This document shows, piece by piece, positions 38,452 through 51,100 of a DNA stretch of 64,000 nucleotides (position 1 is the stretch's first letter; each line of letters starts with the position of its first letter). A model generated the notes under the pieces. The model did no database searches, had not been told where the DNA came from, and saw nothing but the letters and a program-made list of their open reading frames with translations. Source of the DNA: Lingula anatina. Its lineage: Eukaryota > Animalia > Brachiopoda. The position numbers and the translations under genes were made by a program. The DNA is taken from assembly GCA_051362555.1 (NCBI GenBank), contig CM120649.1, positions 7,068,001-7,132,000 of the forward strand, read 5' to 3'.

Positions 38452-39749
38452 TTTTTTTTCCCTCAAAATACATATCTCTCTTCATTATAACCTACATGCA
38501 TGATCTCAAATTATGACAATAATGTTTTACAATCAGTGAAGATAAAGTATATCAGACTGCATGTATTCAGATTATGAACAATGCAAAATCCCAATACATA
38601 AACTAGCCTGACCCTAGAAAAGGCACAACCTGTAAAGGTTATATATTGTGTGTATGTGTGTTATTTCAGCTGTTTGGCTGGGAGCCTGAGATGTACACCC
38701 CAGGGTCTGATGAAGCCAGTGGTATACAGAACAGCACAGGGGTGTCCCTCACTGAGGACAATGTACAGGTGTACTGCGAGGGAGAGGTGGGTTTTCTTGA
38801 CTGACTGGCTGGACAGTTTACACTTTTTAACAGGCTGCTGGAGTAGCGTTAACACTCGCCAATTTAGCTAAAAATGCTAAAAACTGACTTTAATTGGCTA
38901 AACAAAATGGGCTTGATTTGACTTTTTAAAGTCAAATGATAACCATTTGGATAACAAATTGACAAAAAAGTGGTGATTTGGGTAAGGGAAAAAATTACTA
39001 GCACTACCCCAGACAGGCTTGCTGACAGAAGTTGTTTTTCATTGGTGTAGATGTCAGACATGATTTTTCTTCCCACCCACCCCCCACCCCCCCTTCCACT
39101 CTAAAGGATATTGCATTTTTTTTTTCTCACCTGAAGTTGCTGCTAGGACCCTAAGGCCACTGAGCCTTTTTTCCAACTTTTCCAAAATCATGTCTGATTT
39201 GTCAACATGAAAAGATGATCATGGTTTTATACCACTACATATATGAATATTCATGCATACTTAGTACATTTCAAAATGTCAGATGTCAAAAGATACAAAG
39301 TGATAATACAAAAATGCTTTTATATATTGAAAGTAACGATGGAAGACATCTTTTAGCAATTTTCTTTACAGACTACACTGAATTTTTACCAGCTGAAAAA
39401 AGTCATTAATTCAGTATTCTTTTCCACAAGCATATGTATCAGATTTTGTCATTAGTCAGTTATTTTAAAGCTCTAAATCTGATATCCCTTTCAGAACCCA
39501 GCTGACAGAGAGAACATAGGTCCTATCGTATACTATCCTAGTGCAGGCTTTCACAAGAAATACTTCCCATTCACAAACCAGGAGGGCTACCGACAGCCTA
39601 TCGTCATGGCGCAGTTCACCAAGCCACAGGCTGGACGCCTCATTCAGGTGGTGTGCAAACTGGTCGCCAAAAATATTCCAAACGAGGAACGTCAGCTGGA
39701 TAGCATGCACAAGGAGGGAAGTGTTCACTTTGAGCTTCTAGTAGACTAA
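32852..39749 (+). CDS. ATP1B: Na+/K+-ATPase beta subunit, 309 aa
   Basis: Exons 32852-32987, 33773-33913, 36161-36271, 38044-38213, 38670-38786, 39495-39749 (930 nt). Motifs: FLWNP..EFLGR..SW, FYLIFY TM, PGIGFRP, FGY..GKPCILLKINK, CEGENPADRENIG, YFPF; ends FELLVD*. Confidence 0.95.
35747..35958. mobile_element. MITE-like element with imperfect TIRs (ATT(C/T)CCA..GATTT..AGATCGATC)
   Basis: Inverted ends at about 35747-35782 and 35928-35958. Related fragments appear near 3065-3130, 41830-42082 and 61955-62040. Confidence 0.55.
36405..37764. mobile_element. Non-autonomous hAT-like DNA transposon with 5-bp TSD
   Basis: TIR CAGGGCTAGACACTA / TAATGTCGAGCCCTG, subterminal CCTGTCC/GGACAGG repeats at both ends, ATGAG on both flanks. 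No intact transposase. Confidence 0.85.
38379..38448. repeat. (TA)n microsatellite
   Basis: Perfect dinucleotide run. Confidence 0.95.
38838..39012. mobile_element. Second (inverted) copy of the 20325-20493 MITE
   Basis: CTGGAGTAGCGTTAACACTCGCCAATTTAGC ... TAGCACTACCCCAG aligns as the reverse complement of 20325-20493. Confidence 0.8.
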
Positions 39750-42700
39750 CAGTGGATAACCTTTAGGAACTTACTTTCTTAATTTTTTTCAAATTGGAAT
39801 TTTAAAGTAGATTGATATTTGGTGGAAAGATAATTTTTTGGGTCGGCTCCAGGAGGAAAATTTGAAATAGAAAGGTTTTAGTCCCGCACAGCATCTGACC
39901 TGCAGTGAAAGCAACTGGTCCCAGTGATATAACTCAAGAGAATTAGATTATGATGGCCTAGTTTTAGGAACCTTTGACCTAGTTTAGCACAAGTAGGTCA
40001 AAAAGGGTCTATTTCTAGGTCAAATTGACCTAGTTTATGGGGAAAGAGTTGTTTTTTAAAAACATAATTTTTTTCTCGTACTTGACAATATCAGTTATCT
40101 AACAAAGAAAAAGAAAAAAAACGCTGCAGGTTCTTGTATATAGTGTATGATTATTTTCTATATTTGTTGAACCTATCACAATGCAACTGTTGCTCTGTGC
40201 ATTAATGATGAAGTAGACTGTGCATTGTGTCATAATAGATAATGTAGCTCAGACCTAATGTGTCATCTTTGTATCTCCGTATACCACAGTTCCTTAGGCT
40301 TGGTAGGCTGTACTTATATAAATAATATAAATCCCGGTTTCTTGTGGAACAGACAAGGGATGAGGACGGTTAGGTTTGAGATATGATTTAAGTATCATAT
40401 ACAAATGAAGGGGAAAAGAAACCCTGCTCAACAGCTTTTGTTTCACTGGACGCACATAGGCACTCTCTTACACTGAACTTCTCCCGCACAAAAGTGTTGG
40501 GATATGAAAGCTTTTTTTGCATGACTTTTTTTTTCCTTCAGTCATATCATCACTGCCCTTTATAGTGTTCTATAGTATTATCTGCCTGTTTTACCGAATT
40601 ATTATGATTATGCTTATATTCGCTTTCGTCTTCTGTATGGTTGTGTTATTCGTTATATGTAGGGCTCTTTATCGTCTTGTCTCTGATTAAATTTTAGAAA
40701 AAAAATGTGTTATTTTTTCCTTTCCCTGAAGCCATTTTCCAGCCACTTTTATTAGGCTTTAAGGTGTATATGATTAACATTGTTTAGTCACTACTAATGC
40801 CAATAAGTAATAATTCAGTAGTGTTTGCTGGATATAACTATGCATTGATGTAGTCTTGTTATATTTAGGTCAGTGCGACCTACTTCACACTGCATCAATG
40901 TTGTTTATTGAGCATGTATTGTTACACCTATTAGCAATTTTGAGGCATATACAAGTTTATAAATGTAATGTAAATGTACATTTATCCTCTGCAGGTACGT
41001 GATCATAAAAAAAATTATTTCTTAAAAAGTGTCAATTTTTATGTTAAATATTTAGTGTGATCAGAGTTGGGAATTTTGAATTTCTGTTTTTAAGGAAGTG
41101 TCATTGAAACTGGAAATATTGTTAGACAAGTGGTGGAAGTGATGCTTAACCAGTTACTATCATTCGGGTCAAGTTTGTAGTGATGCTTTATCCATGCTGA
41201 GATTAAGATTGACCCCAAATTGAGGCAATATACTCACAATAGTCTGTCATGTAACAAATATCCTACTTCCTTGTCCTTAAATAGTTCTTTGCCTATCAAG
41301 TATTTTATTCATTTATTTGTGTTTTGCATATCAAGAGTGGTAGCTCTAAATCAACATTTTTCTGGAGAGCTGATTTTCAGTGGATCACATCCCAGCATTT
41401 AACTCTTTAAGGAATTGCTTGAATTCACCCCCACCCCCAAACCCTTGCCGTGAACCAGTCCTGTCTCTGAAATGTAAGCCTTCATTACAAAGGTTTTGTT
41501 GAAATGGTAATTAGTGTGTGTAATGTAGCACTGGCCTTTACCATTTCAATATTCATGTCACAATGGTGTAATTATTTGTTACTCAAAATATGTCTAACCT
41601 TATTGTCAGATTTCATGTGTCATGTTAAATGACTTACACGCATTTGAACCCGGTTGGATTTTATTTATTTATTTATTTAATTTTTTTTTTCAAATAGATT
41701 TTCATCATTAATTGGTGTAATGTGATGGTGTCTTTTTAGCAATTTATGTATTTCAACATGCACAAATCCTTGTTAACTGGTAAGTCGCTAAGACCATTAA
41801 ATGTCCTTATAAGGATAACTGTAAGACTCCTAAACCAATTGTGCTAGCTGGATCGGTCTTATTCTGCGGGGCTTCTCCCCAAAGTGCTTTTAGCGTAATC
41901 AGCTTAATCATCTGGCATGCCCCTTTGAGTAACTAGGGGGTAATAGACTGTTGTTAATAAACCCCCTTACGGCAGGAGCACGTGTGCTGGACATTTAACC
42001 TGCTCACAATGAATGCAATTTAGCGAGAATCCCCTTAGTTAGATTGTTCCAGCTAGTGCGATGGGTTTATGGGAACACTCCCTAAGATTACAACATATTG
42101 GACCAGCTGTACTGTTAGATAGACCATTTTAACCAGCCTGTTCAAGAATAATTGTTAAAAATCATTTGTGTTATGTAAAAGTTTGTTGTGTGTCTAAGTT
42201 GAGAAAACGATTGACCTCCACTAGAATGATAGAAAAATCACTAATAATTCATTAAGATGAGATAAAATTTTGTGTGCAAATTGGTAGACAAATGTTATAT
42301 GTTGGTTCATATCTTATACTCACACACAACATACACATACACACACTAGGATGTGAAGGAGAATGCTTCCAAGACTGTTCACAATGTAGGAACCACAGGA
42401 GAACTCTTCTCTATCCTTACTGGGTGTATGGATTTGCCATAACTGGCATGATTATCTCTAGTGCTAAACAGTGTAATACTGGGGTCCTGGGGGACTGCAC
42501 CGCAGGATCCCGGGCTCAGATGTTTTTTTGTGTGAGTATATTGAATGTGTACAATTAGTTTTTAAAGTTGAATTTGTACAATGAAAAGCACCAATAAAAA
42601 TGATTACTGGAGAGAAGGTGGAATTATGTTTTTCTGTGAAGGTCTGAAATCTGAAAAAAAAAAAACAAAACAAAACAAAAAAATTCTGGCCCCTGTTTCT

Positions 42701-44110
42701 CAAAAAAAACTCCAGTTTCCTGACAGAGTTTGGTTACTAACGTAATTAAGTCTGTATATATCACTTAGTCCCGTTTCATGAAAAATCTGAAAGGCTGCCG
42801 TTTTTTTTCTTAGCTGCTAGTTGGCGAGGCCTAGCCCCCTCGGGAGCTACCCCTGGTCATCAAAACATTCCCAAAAATGAAAACCTCATAAAAACTCCAA
42901 ATTTAAAGAAAAATAATTCAATGATACAATGAAGATATATTCCAAAATTTTATTTGTATAGAAATCCCTTTGTACATCATAACCTTCAATTCCACAAAAC
43001 AGACAAACTATTATAATAAATACTATCAACATTAACCATTTGCCATTGTGCCTGTAAACCAGTGACTTGCTTTTAAAGCTCTTAATATACCACTTGGCAT
43101 AAATATACCCACTGCATCAAGTTTGAATAGAACCATTCTATTAAATATGTGCTCCACAGGAAAAATAAGAAATCCTTTCTTTTCTCCACAGATTTTGTGC
43201 AAAAACTCTCCAGTTTTGATAAAAGCACCAGACAGAGTGATAGCATAGCTGTTAGTAATCAATGACTAACCCAACAATTATGTCCAGATTAAATGTCTTA
43301 CACATGCCTTGTGACTATCCACATTTCTAAGGAACTGCACGTACCACTGCCCATTAACAAGCTTAGGCCTGGACTTAAAAGAACCTGTTATAGAAATGGA
43401 CTCATTTTGTAAAATGTTAGAAGATTATTGAAACTGTTTCAATTACTCGTGGTCTATTGCTCTCTAGATATCTACTACCTGCCAAGCAAAATTTCACAAT
43501 TATGCCAGCACAACTGTGACAAATTGTATTATCCTCCCCTCTTCTTCCTCCAAGTATCAAAACAGTTGACCACACATAAATTTAATTCTATGTCAACCAG
43601 CAATTACACAAGACAAAGAAACTTCTGACAGCACATCAAACGTGACAAAAGTTGAAACAGAAATAAAACGATCATTTTCTTCAAATTCATCACAACTGAT
43701 TGAAGAGAATGTCCGTGCAAATATTGCATTTTCAATCCTGAGTACATTAGCGTGGTTTTGGTAGATGCTGCATTCTTCCATGTGATAAAATGTACATATT
43801 AAGTTACGTTTTTGTGTTCAATCATCTCTCTTAACTGTCCTCTAAGAAGACTGTGTATTAGAAAATAAGAATGGAGCTTTGGTATTATGGCAGTCCAGCA
43901 CAAATATATTGATTCCCCCAATATGACCCACAAAAGCAAATGTATCAGATATTAATAAATCTTATAACCTATTTTATTCATAAAATATGAAGGAGAAAAG
44001 CCAGTTTTCAACTTAGAGACTGTCCACCAAAGTTCATCTCCACTAAAAAAAAAAAAAAAAAAAAACAGTTCCAAGCTCAAGCTTTGGTTTGTATGTCAAT
44101 GTGAAGGTCA

Positions 44111-47100
44111 TCAAGGTGTCATCTTCATCACCAAATTTATCTGAAAAAAGGAGAAATAATTCTTTGAGAATTTCAGTCCAATAATAACGTCATTTACATG
44201 TCTTCATTTGTTTAATCTAAGGCCCTTTTCACATTGAGTGGAGTACTTCAGGGATACAGTGTGTATACTTTGTTAGGTCCCAACATTTTATAATAATGAT
44301 AATAATAATTTCAAAACCTCAATATTCCAACATAGCCAGTCATATGTTGTGGCATGTAAATGATAATGAAATGTTAAATTCATTTACTCCACAATAACAT
44401 CCCAGTTTTTACTTAATTCCTGGTATGGGAGACGGACCAGACAATTGATATTTTTATAGCCTATAGCATGAAAATTTAACCCGATTCCTATAAAGAAAAC
44501 TCATACTCACCTGATCAAGTGAAGGACATCCAATGATCTGTTGATCTTCTTCTGAATAGTTCTCACTGAGAATTGTGTGAAGCTGCTGGAAAGCATGCTG
44601 GATATTGACCTGAAATATCAACACAAAATCAGGTCACTGAAATGTACATTATCATTGAGAAATAGGTCAAAGTAGCCTATTTTTGTCACTTGGCAATAGC
44701 ATGGAGTTGTTGGAAGGGATGTTGAAAAATCATTATTTCATTTAATTACTTAGAAACAGAAAACAGTCATCTATTTTTCAGTTAGTCCATTTAAAGGCAT
44801 GTTGAAAAAAAAAAAAACCTTGCACATGTTTCGTGTCCTCATTGCCTATTTCATTCATACTTTGATTGCTTTTCAGAAAATGTGCTCTGTGACCCTATTG
44901 GCTATTTCATACATACTTTGATTGGTTTAAAGAGAATGTGTTCCGTGTCTCTATTGGCCAGGTAGAGCATCATGCTTTTCTGTATGCTTGGTATTTTCTG
45001 TTTCAGGTGTTTGTAGGTCTGGGTCACTGCTTCGTGGACTTTCTCGGGGCTGGCAAAAGGCTGTTGTCTTAGAGAAACCTTCGGCCCAGTGTCCCCTTGG
45101 CCATGTTTTACTATTACCTCAGCCTGAGGAAAAAATCAAAATCCAGTAAAGTTCAGTACATCTTGCCAGGGCAGATCCAGAGATATTTTCTGACAGTCTT
45201 TCAAATTATCTTTGTAGATCCACTCTTCATTTTTGACCGTCTTCTGACAGAAAAAATTATATATTAACTTGAAAAATTCTGCCTATCTTCAGGATGAACC
45301 AGTCCGCCCTTGTTTTGTAGCAAAACTTAATAAGCTTTTTTACATCCATGTATTAGATAATCATTCAGTGAGAAATTCTCAGTCTTTAAGCTACTGTCAC
45401 GTCAGTTTAATATAGCAATTTCCATTTTATACCATTTAAAAAAATAAACATACATACAACAATGACTGAAGAAATCCTTATTTATTTCAAGTATTTATAA
45501 TTCAAAATCTGTATTATAATGAAAAGTGTGTAACCACAGGAATTGATGACGGTTTTAGATGGGTAATGTAAAATACTCATTTAAATATCAAAAGTACCCA
45601 CCTTGGTGAGAAAAGAGTGCAGTGGGCCTGCCACTGTGTCCGACACATAGCGAATAAAATCCTCGCAACTTTTCTTCAGCTGTGTGTCCACTTCGCGCTT
45701 CGAGTCCAAAAAATGTTCAGTGACTTGTGGAGATCCCTGTAAAGATTGTGTCACTCTTAACACTGCACTTTAGTAAAGGCGGCATTCAGAACACTGGTCT
45801 AACTAGTCCGAGGGTCAAATATGGCGACCCACTAAAAAGCTTGCCATCTAATCCGCTAATAGACACTGAATAGATTCCCCGTGGGACCCTCCAACTAGTT
45901 AGGCCACTGTTCTGGATGTGGCCAAATAAGCTTTAAAAATGTATCTGTTGATAAGATTTCATACCCAAAAAGTTGATAGCGTTGATGAGATTGTGAAACA
46001 AGGCACTGGATGAAATACACCATTTACTCATCATGCTAAAACAATATCAACTGTAATTAATTGTTCAAATTTAGATTTAACCAATTTGTCAAATGAGAGG
46101 AACTTGCAATATATTTTAATTTTGAATTTTCCCTGCCAAACTTTTATTGCAAAACCCTGCAAAATACCTACTAACAATGGTTGAGATAAATTGATTGAGA
46201 TATGCTGGATTTTGACACGGAATACTGGCACAAAATTAGGTCACTGAAATGTACATTACCATGCAGATTTCAGCAATTGTAATCATTTAGGGTTGGAAGT
46301 CTATGATACATTTGGTGGTGCTAAAGAGCTAGAATCATGCAAGGAGTAAATAGACATAAAATCGCAGTGGCGATAGCCTCGTTTCAGGCATGCTAAAATT
46401 TCCATTACATGTACAGCTTAGCACTTACTTCAAGCAGAAATTGCAGGAAAGCATTGTTTCTGTTCAGAGCAAACATCATCGATTTATGATGCATCAAACC
46501 ATAGGCAGCATCTGAAAGATAAATGTGTACCAGAAAACCAACAATAAAACCAGAGTGCTTTTTCATATGTGTAGCTTATTTGTGAGTTTAGCTCAAACCC
46601 TAGAGCTATGTCATTTTCCTGTTTTAACAGTCTTTTTTTATTGTTTAAAAGTGTGTAAGAGCCTTTCTGACTATTCTTTAAACAGTCTATTAACATATAA
46701 AACATGTTTGGTGCATTGGTTCAATCCTTAAAATCGAGGGGAGAAATAAATGCCTCTGAATTCACCAAACTTACTCTAACATCAAGTATTCATAAATACA
46801 ACTATTACAAAGTTCTCCAGCCATACCTTTGAGTTTACTGAAGTCTAAAGCTGTCTCTCGTACTGCAAAGTCTATGTGGAATGGTGCAATCTGTTCTCGT
46901 AGAATCAGCAGGTGCTTGATTAGAAAAAGCTCACCATCTACCTCTGAATTCTGAAAGCAAGACCACAGTCAGAGCACAGTATTAAAACTGGTCTCAAGCT
47001 GGGGTGTTTGATGTTTCACAAATGTTTGACAAGCAGGTCTAGGGATGTCAAAGAGTACAAAGAAACCTCTGGAGGCAAGTATGCTAAGCATGGATAATTT

Positions 47101-48111
47101 GAACTGAACTGATGAGCAGCAGAATACAGAGCATCATCTCCACAAGTGCTTTTGACAGCCTATCCTTCTCATTTTATTGAATATTCAGAAATTTTTGGCC
47201 ATCTTTACAAGATATATGGCATACAAACAGGATAATAAGGACTACTTGGTAAAATTTCTAGAGCAAATTCAGTAAAAATATAGCAAGATGGAGCAAGTCA
47301 TACTCACTTTTCTTTTCTTAATGCTGTCTGTTGCCTCTACCAGGGACTGTATGCACATAGACAGGGCCTCCTGAGAGAGCCCTTGGAAAGTTGTCCTCTG
47401 AAAGAGTACAGGATATCAAGCTTAATATAACTTATATTACAAGAGCTATCAACTGAGCTCACCTACTTACACCTAAACATTGAACATGGGGAGGGGAGGG
47501 CATGGGGGGGGGGGGGGGGGGGGGCGACAGCAAGGAAGGGTTGAAGGGTGGAAATAAAAGAATTCTCTTTCTTGTATACTGTTTTGGTACTAAGTGATGT
47601 CAAAGGACACGCCTAGTTACACCAATACACAGCAGATAGGTTTGAATGAATGGGGATGACAGGTAAACAATCAGGGCATGCTTTTCCTCAGGTGCAGCCT
47701 ATATACTGTTTTAATTCCAACCGATACCAAAGGGCACCAATGCTTACACCAACACATGTAACAGTTTTGAGGGAAAGGGGCTGGAAGTTGACAATCAAAG
47801 CATTTTCTTCCCCTATTAAGGCTTATATATATATGTTAAAATTTATCTTATACTGTTATAGTTAAAAGTGATGCCACATAAGCCCCCTTACTAGCCATAC
47901 TTACATCAACACACCTGAACAGCTTGGACAGACAGACCAGAGTTCTCCTCACTGTGGGGTACCACATGCCATGGAGGTCTGCAGGGGACATGGGCATATT
48001 GCTGCCTATGAATGGCTCTGAAAGGAAAACGGAACACATGTAATAGCATGGTATGGCATTGAAACATAGAGGCTTACAAATGGTGAGAGAGAGAGAGAGG
48101 GAGTGATAGAG

Positions 48112-48169
<58 letters not shown>

Positions 48170-51100
48170 CTGTGTATTTAGCACTGGCCCTATATATGCC
48201 AAACACCAGTAAAACTGAAAAAAAATTTTAGTAAATTTATTTCCAATTGCTATCAACAGTTACTGCTTTGTTCCACTAGATTTGTAGGTCTTTTTTTGGC
48301 TTGTAGGGCCAGTATATTAAAGGTTTTCTGGCATAGACTCTCTGCGAGTCCATGCGGGTGTGTGTGTGTGCATGTGTGTGCATGTGTGTGTGTGTGTGTG
48401 ATAAACGTTCAGAGCCACCACATCAATGTTCTCTAAAACAGAGGACCAGTTGTCATGAAAATACACAACTACCACTAAATACCTCCATCTGGAGAGAGCA
48501 ACAACAAAGAAGAAAACATGACCACAAATATTCTATGAGTCTATGATAAATCATTCATATCGAATAGAAAAGCAAAGCACATTTCACTAAAAGATTGGAT
48601 GTGAACTATGTGCAGACCCTTACTGTTTTACACTGCAAATGTTTCATATAGCACAATTAACTATGTCAATTTAAAATAGGTAGCCAATTTTTAATAAACA
48701 ATATTTATAAGTAAGATAATGGGTTGAAGGCAGTAGAAACTGATGCAATTGCTTAACAACACCTGGCGCCCTCCTTTGTAATAATTGATGGAGACAGCGT
48801 GTTGTTTTCATCTTCTTCTGTCATGATTTGAATGTAAATGTGTACAACCCTGATCTTCCACAAATTTAATCATCTTCTACATGCAATAACATAATTAAGT
48901 AGAGTATAATTCATAAAATATACAATTTTTTCGATAAAATAAGGTACTTGACTTACTTCTGTGCACAAAGACTGGCCTTGGGCGTACTTTCAAAGATAAA
49001 CATTCAAATCCGTTATTATTGAGTTTTGGACATTCAAATTTAGCATGACCATTCCAAACAAAGTAAAACTAATATGTTTCCCAGAAAACTGTAGCCAGCC
49101 AGTCAAAGTTGAGAAAATAAAGATCAAATGATACGTTTAAAAGATCATTTCCTTTAAGAAAAATCCCACACATAAACCATTTTCCACATCTCATCCAAAT
49201 AAACCACATTAATTGAGTGCAAATACAATGTGACCCCACAAATATCAAGCTTAAGTGTCTTACTTCCAGCATAATAGTCCATTAAAAATGCATGAGCTGC
49301 CAAACCAAAATATCCTTGAAAATGGAAATTGAACAGAAATAAAATATGCATACTGAAGACAAAAAAATATTTATTGAAAACAGGCATAAGTGATAAGTGT
49401 AATCCCTATCAATTCATCTTTTTGAAGATAAAAGCAAAAAAGAAAAGAAAAAAAAAATGAGGTGCAGATTTGCCATCTTGTCTATGCTCTGCCAAGTAAT
49501 TGAACTACCCCATTATAAACTAATCTTTCCTAAGATAGCAATTCAAAAACAAGATGACCATTGCATGCAAATTTATTCAAGTGACAATAATTAAGTTCTG
49601 TGATGCAACCTGAACACATCCTAACTGATTGGTTATAGCAATTAAAGTTAATTAAATGTAATCTATTTAAATCGGGTTTAAATCAAATAATGTAATAAAT
49701 GCAAAACATAATATCATCCATTTGTAAAGGGCGAAGAAAATATATCAAGAAATATTCTCTAAAGCACTTAAATTAACAAGTCTTTTTCATATATTCCATA
49801 TATACAGCCTTGACCTTTTGACTCTGACACTGAGGCTATGACCTTGACCCAATTATTACCTGGCATGTTCGGGTTCAACGGTAGTACCGCAAGGCCTCCA
49901 TTTTCTACAGGCACTGCTGGCACAGCCACTGGCTCCTCAATTTTCCGTTCGCCATTTTCTTCAGCATGTGACGTAATCTGTGCAACTTCTTGACTCGTGT
50001 TGGAAGAAATCGAGGATACGGAACCAATGGAGCCTGACCTTGTGTGCTGCTGGTTTTGTTGCTTTATGCTCTCTGCTATGCTCTGAATCAAACATCAACA
50101 TAACAAAACTGTACCTTTAAAGTTGTAATGAGGAAAATTTGGCAGATAGGATTTTTTTTTTACCAAACACTGTAGTTACCATTTATTGGGGCTTCAGAAA
50201 AACAATGGACAAAAATACAATTTCAATTCTTTGCCCCTTATTTGTCATCAGTTTGGTGTAAAATTATACAGTTGGATTATATATGATCTTAAATCATGTT
50301 TGCATATATTTGCTAGTGCTTAGGATATCTGGTGACTCTTTAAATCTAAGTATTCCAAGGAGACTCTCTTCATTAAAAATAGATATAAACCACACCTCCA
50401 TCATTTCAAGTTTTTCAGGATACGCCAAGTCACCAGCTGCAGGATGATAATTCAAGATGTCGGAACGGATGTAGATATGAGTTCTGTACACTAGTCTTTC
50501 CTGGACATCTTCAAGCATCTGAAGGCAGACTGTCTCAAATGCCTGTAACTCTTTGGCTACAAGACAACAAAACAGACTGTAAAGAATCAGTACACAAATT
50601 TTGACCATTTTGCCATAGGTCATTTCCCAAATTATTTGTCCCAAGCTAACATACGGTTCATTAATCTATTGCCCAAGGCATCATAATGCTAATCTGCCAA
50701 CTATTTTCACAATGCAATTGTTGTCTGCTATCTCCAGTATATGCAGCAACATATTTAAAACATTTTTTTCATCTTGTACCATTTGAACTAATTCCAAGAC
50801 ACCTTTTTCTGTAAGGAAATACTCACGGTTATGCAGTACATGTTCCTCCAGCATTTCAACCTAAAAACAGGAATAAATAAATAAACAAATAAATAAATAA
50901 AATCTTTTTTCAAATCAACCACCCACACTGCATAATGTCAGAGTCTTTTCAGAAATCAGGATATGAAACCTCAAAGATGTGGGATTTTAAAGGGATAACA
51001 ACTCTTCATATGAGATTCAAAATTCCAAACTATATACATTGTAAACAACACATGCACTACTAACACCATTTTTTTTTATCTATCAAAATGTTTTATGTCT

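Noticed and set aside
39747-39782. Stop read-through at ATP1B TAA-CAG
   Set aside because: TAA is the least leaky stop and the 10-codon extension has no recognisable signal.
48763-48817. Second exon-like segment in COG3 intron 13
   Set aside because: 55 nt (frameshifting), weak GTGTTG donor and poor pyrimidine tract.
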